DNA of 64,000 nucleotides from Anolis carolinensis (Eukaryota), in the NCBI RefSeq assembly GCF_035594765.1, contig NC_085845.1, positions 190,294,897 to 190,358,896 on the forward strand, given 5' to 3'. The notes beneath the pieces were generated by a model, which saw nothing but the letters and a program-made list of their open reading frames with translations, was not told the origin of the DNA and searched no databases. Shown one piece after another: positions 58,994-64,000 of this stretch (the first letter of the stretch is position 1; each line of letters opens with the position of its first letter). The position numbers and the translations under genes are program-made.

Positions 58994-61257
58994 TATATAG
59001 CCTGTTTGACTAATAAAAAAATGTTTCAATACTCCTTACTAAATTAGAGGGCGGGTTGAATCTAAACTATTTCTAAAATATTGTAAGGGGTCTGTATCAT
59101 AACTATAATGATATCATGATATTTTCATTACTTTTTCATTATGTAATTGTGCAAGTGGGGAAGCTTCTGGGACTCCATTCTCCCTCATTTTTAGAGCTAT
59201 CAAGATAAAACTTGCTGCAATTGTAGAACACATGTACCACTCTCTTTCTCTCTCTCCCCCCCTCCCCCAAAGTTTCAGAATGCTTCACACATCCACTGAT
59301 TTTTGGGATTTAAAAAAAATTATGAACAACATTTTTTTTAAAAAAAAATCTACAAGAGCCATTTCCTTGAATGTCTATTTTCAATGATACAACATAACCA
59401 GGGCATCATTCCCCCCAAGTTTCAGAAAGATTTGCACATCCATGGATTTTTAGGGCATATTAACCAACACAAACTTAACAGTATTATTTCACTAGAGGAC
59501 TCCAGGGAACATCCAGTCCAATCCCCTTTTGCCTAGCAGAAAAAGTATAGTCAAAGCACCCCGAACTGATGCCCATCCAGCCCTTGAAAAAATAATAATA
59601 GTAGGAAACCTATTAGGTAACATTGAAGTTACTACCGCTCAACTTTGCCTATCTCAAAGGGTTGATTCAACCCCTAACAGTCCCCTTTTATCTCAAAATC
59701 TCTGTAGAGAATGAACATGGGTTTTCCCCCATCAAAACTTTCAGGGAGAGGGAGAAGGCACAATGTGGTAAGCAGAATTCTGGGAAACGTAGTTTGAGAA
59801 GGCAAGGACCCCTGTGACAGAGAATTCAAAATGCCTCACCCTAAACTACATTTCCCAGAATGCTGCTCAATTCAGAATACGACCCTCATTAAAGCCCTAA
59901 TATGATCTTTGCCTGTCTCTTTCTGGGCCAGCCATATACTGGAGGGGCTTCTTTCTTGCCCGGCCATCCAGCCAGACTTCCCTCCCTCCTGAGCCGCCGC
60001 TCCCTTTGGAGAAAGCCCCGCAGGGCCCTTTGGAGGAACCAACCCAAGCCTTTTTGGGGGAGAAGCAGTGCGACTGAGACCTGGAACCACATATAAGACT
60101 TACATAGCTCTTCTGAAAAGTCATAGGTCAGTGTTTTTAATCCTGATTTTTTTTTTTGGCGTTGGTGCCATGCAACATATGAGATACAAACAACTTTTTG
60201 CACAGCCCTAATATATGTTGCAATAGTTCATGGATGAGTGAGCTGAGTTCCACAAGAACTCCAATCCTATTTTTAACACCAGCTAGAGAAAATAAATTGA
60301 ATTGGTTGGGTTGACCCATATGTCAACTCACCATTGAATAATTTAAACGCCAGATGCGTATCTGCATTACACAAGTTATAGCTCTTTGATAGCATTTTAA
60401 CTGTACTGCCTGCATTCAATGGAAGCCTGAAATCCACTGTTTGTTAATGTACTTTGAGGTCCTGTTAGAAAGTTCTAGTTCCCATTGAACTACACCATTA
60501 GTGCCATTCAGCAAAGAATTTACAGTACCTTCCCTTACTACAAATCCCAAAATTAAATTGGATGTAGCCATGGCACTTTAAAAAGCATGAAACTTGTATA
60601 AAGGGGTGTGTTTGGTTGATTAGGGGACTATATACATTTGACTGGTGTGAAGAACTGACAGTTGTACTTACCCTTCTATGGAAGCATGTTGTGGCCAGTG
60701 ATATAGCATTTGCCACTGCTTCCCACACCAGCCCAGTATTAAGTGTGATCTCAGAGGGATGGAAAGTCAGGCGTTTGCTTTCCTTCCAGAAGTCTCACCA
60801 AAGGGACTGGTCTATGCCCTTTTGTGAATTGATTGTCATTTCCAGAAGGGTAGGCAGACTATTGTCCGCACTGATGTTTCAGCTAAGGGAAAGGTAATTT
60901 ACCAGTGCTGAAATGTCACTTATGTGATCGGCATCAAGAACAGTGTGAGAGTATGTGTATGTAGATAGATTAAGGTAACACAATGGTCTTAAACTGATTC
61001 ACATTCTCCAGACTGGGTGGGTGGATAGAGGTTGCTTAAAGGCTTTTAACCATCAAGACAAAATTGCATAGTCTTCTGCATAAGCATGAAATCTATGGTG
61101 ATTGTTGAACTAGCTGGGTACTCATCTATTGCTATGTTAGCTTCCCCTTTTTAAAAATTGGGGGGAGGGGGCTACTGAGAAGGTAGATAAGCAAAACACA
61201 GCTGGGCCAATTAACTAGGAGAAGAAGTTGTTTCCAGGTTTTGGCCTGTGTTATGGC

Positions 61258-61476
61258 TGGTTCTGCACTGTAGAATTAATGCAGTTTGATACCACTTTGA
61301 CTATCATGACTCGATCCTGTGGAATCCTGAAATTTGGAGTTTGGTGATGCACCAGCACTCTTGGGCAAAGAAGACTAAAGATTTTGTAAAATGATAAGTC
61401 CCATGATTCCATAGCATTAAGCCATTACAGCTAACGTGGTATCAGACTACATTTAGTCTACTGTGTAGATGCACCC
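61258..61476. mobile_element. Palindromic MITE (family of 24670-24880)
   Basis: CACTGTAGAATTAATGCAGTTTGATACCAC / GTGGTATCAGACTACATTTAGTCTACTGTGTAGATGCACCC. Confidence 0.72.
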
Positions 61477-61585
61477 CTTATTTATCTCATGTCTAAATCC
61501 TAACTGCTGTATATTAGCACAAAAATGTTTAATTAGTAGATTTTCATACATTCTCATCTAAAATATACTAAAATGAAGTTCTTAC

Positions 61586-62703
61586 TAGAGATGTGTGAAA
61601 CTACAGAAATCAGTTTTGTTTAGAAATACAAAATTTGGATGGCCCCTATTTTGTAAGTGTTTTGAAAAATTTGGAAGGGAGCCATTTTGTTTCAAATCCA
61701 AAATTCTGAATTTTGAAAATTATTTCATTTTGTTATTCTACCCTTTGACAGCAATGGAAAAACTTCCAGATCTCATTTCTCTGTCATGTTTAAAGCTATC
61801 AGGATGAAACTTGCTATATTTGTAGAACACATTTTTGACTGTAAGCCCCCCAAGTTTCAGAATGTTTTGCCCATCCACTGATTTTTGTGAAAAAGTTTAT
61901 ATTTTTACGAATAACTTTTTTTTAAAAAAAAAGAAAACCTACAAGAGGTATTGCCTTGAATTTCTCTACAATGACACAACATAACCAGTGCATCATTCTT
62001 TTGAAGAGGGATTTTTTAGGGATTTTTTTTCAATGTAATTAATTTAAGCACCTTGAGCAAGTCACACTTTATCGGTTTCAGAGAACTTGGGGCTTCAACT
62101 TTTATGTCTTTCAAGATTAAAGTTGCCACACTTGTAAAATTTTACTTTTAATTTCAAGATTTTTTTCAATTAGGGTCTTTTGAGTTCGGTTGGACTACAT
62201 ACCTTTGTGGGTCTTTTAAGGAAAACTTTAGAGGCTCATTTCTCCGTCATTTTATGGCTATCAGGATCAAAAGTGGGGCATTTGTAGGACACCTTTATGA
62301 CTGTTAGTCTGCCAAGATTCAGAATGTTTTGCCCATGTACTGATCTTTTGGAATTTAAAAAATATTTTCTCTCTCTTGTACTGAGAGGAGAAGACCGCTT
62401 CCAAGAAGAAGAAAAAACAACAGATGCAGCTTCTGTTCCCATCCGGCGCAGGGATTTCTGGGACTTGAAGTCCAAACTGTAATTGGCTGAGAAAAAGCAT
62501 GCGATGCAGCTTCTTCACCTTTCTCTTTTATTTTTGGGAGTCTACATTGAAAAAAATCAATTAAATATTAAAACAATTTAAAGATTTTTTTCCCAGAATT
62601 TTGAAGGGACTGTTTTGGTTTGTTTTAATTCAGAAGGCCTCAATTTTTAATCATGAGTACAATTTGTTAGTATGAATTGCCCCTGAATTTTTGCACACCT
62701 CTA
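61586..62703. mobile_element. Non-autonomous hAT-like element
   Basis: TAGAGATGTG.../...GCACACCTCTA imperfect TIR; 8-bp TSD GTTCTTAC/GTTCTTAA. Confidence 0.7.
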
Positions 62704-63871
62704 GTTCTTAACTTTTGAATTGCACCTACTAAAAAGAAATAATAGAGCTGATTCATTACTAAGTTTCCATTCAAATTTTTGTGAATGGATTTCATAAAAT
62801 TACAGCCTGCATATTCACTCTTTCTTCTATTTTGGAGGGTGCATACTAAGTTAGAGATACATGGGTTGCTGCTGAATAAGGAATTTTATCAAATCCATAT
62901 CCTCTCAATCTAAAGAGAATGAGCCGTTCTTCTGATCTTGGTTGATCTTTGCAAAGTGTTAATTGAGAAAAGATTACTGCTCCTGCAGAGAGTACAATGC
63001 GGAGACACTCCAAAGAAATTGATAGTGCATTTGTAATCAAGACTCAAAGGCTAGTAAAGGATTAGGTACAAAATCAGAAAAGTGTTATTATGAAAAGGAT
63101 GCCTACTAAAATTGAGGAGCTATAGAATCTCCTCACCTGTCAAATTAACTAAGAAATGGAAGACAAAAGGAGAGAGGCCATGATCAGAGTACTTTAGAGA
63201 AAATTTTAAAGAACTCTAAAACGGGGGAGTGGACAAGCATTAATGTAATTGCTTTGTTCATGATCAAGGAGACATATTCATGCAGGGGAAACGTCCTTGT
63301 ACAACCATTAACTCTACCTACCCCCTTTTACTTGCCAGAAAAGAATCTACTTAGTTCTCTGTGGAAATGTTGCCAAATATTTACCCAAATGAAAATATAG
63401 ATGTACATCTGGACATTCCAGTTTTGGAAAAGGCTCTGATGAGCTCTAGGATAAAGATGAAGAAATTTTGATAAAACAAGAAAATTTTCTAAAGTGCATT
63501 TTTCACATTCTGATGCTGATACGGAACTGTATCAAAAAGCAAAATCAGAGAGGAATAGAGTTTCTTATTCTAAATTAAATACGAACAGGAAAATTTCTTA
63601 CATGAAGAGTTGCTGACATGTTCTTAGTTTTAAACACAGAGGAAATACAACAAAGGTCTATCTCATTATGTTTTTAAATGAAAGGCATTTTAATACATCA
63701 GGTTTTAAAAGGAATGACATTTTGAAATGTCTCACAGAGAAGGAGTGAGAGATTTGGTCTCCTGAATGGTTAAGGATGATCCATGGATGGCCAGAGGCAA
63801 AGGCATAGGTGTATCTTGCACTGTGGGGTGTGTTCTTCCTTTATCAACTTCCTGTCTCTTATCTATGAAGT

Positions 63872-64000
63872 AAGGTAAAGGTAAAGGTTTCCCCTGACGT
63901 TAAGTCCAGTTGTGTCCGACTCTGGGGGTTGGTGCTCATCTCCATTTCTAAGCCGAAGAGCCAGCATTGTCCGTAGACACCTCCAAGGTCATGTGGCCGG
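63872..64000 (-). mobile_element. Sauria SINE 3' end (runs off the window)
   Basis: (AAAGGT)n tail and body nearly identical to 58335-58460. Confidence 0.92.

Overview
Repeat-rich eukaryotic genomic DNA, most likely from a squamate reptile (Anolis-like, judged from Sauria-type SINEs, BovB, L2, CR1 and R4/Dong fragments). No host protein-coding gene could be supported; the window looks like a gene desert or a very large intron, with several enhancer-like AT-rich blocks and three assembly gaps. The dominant features are two related but distinct Ty3/Gypsy chromovirus (Tf1/sushi-type) LTR retrotransposons. Copy A (1-2251) is cut off by the window start. Copy B (32762-37789) is a young provirus with 867-bp LTRs about 99% identical, an ATCAA target-site duplication and an internal deletion of RNase H and the integrase N-terminus. 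Most interesting observations: (1) in both copies Pol reads through the PPT about 90 codons into the U3 of the 3' LTR and ends in an HMGN-like RRSxRL/I peptide behind a chromodomain, which is a candidate second nucleosome-tethering module encoded by the LTR itself; (2) copy B has no tRNA primer site but carries a self-priming PBS plus a U5-leader stem; (3) the gag-pol -1 frameshift signal is non-canonical; (4) the LTR R region carries covarying hairpins and a DRACH-motif cluster. Family names come from motif recognition, not from database searches.
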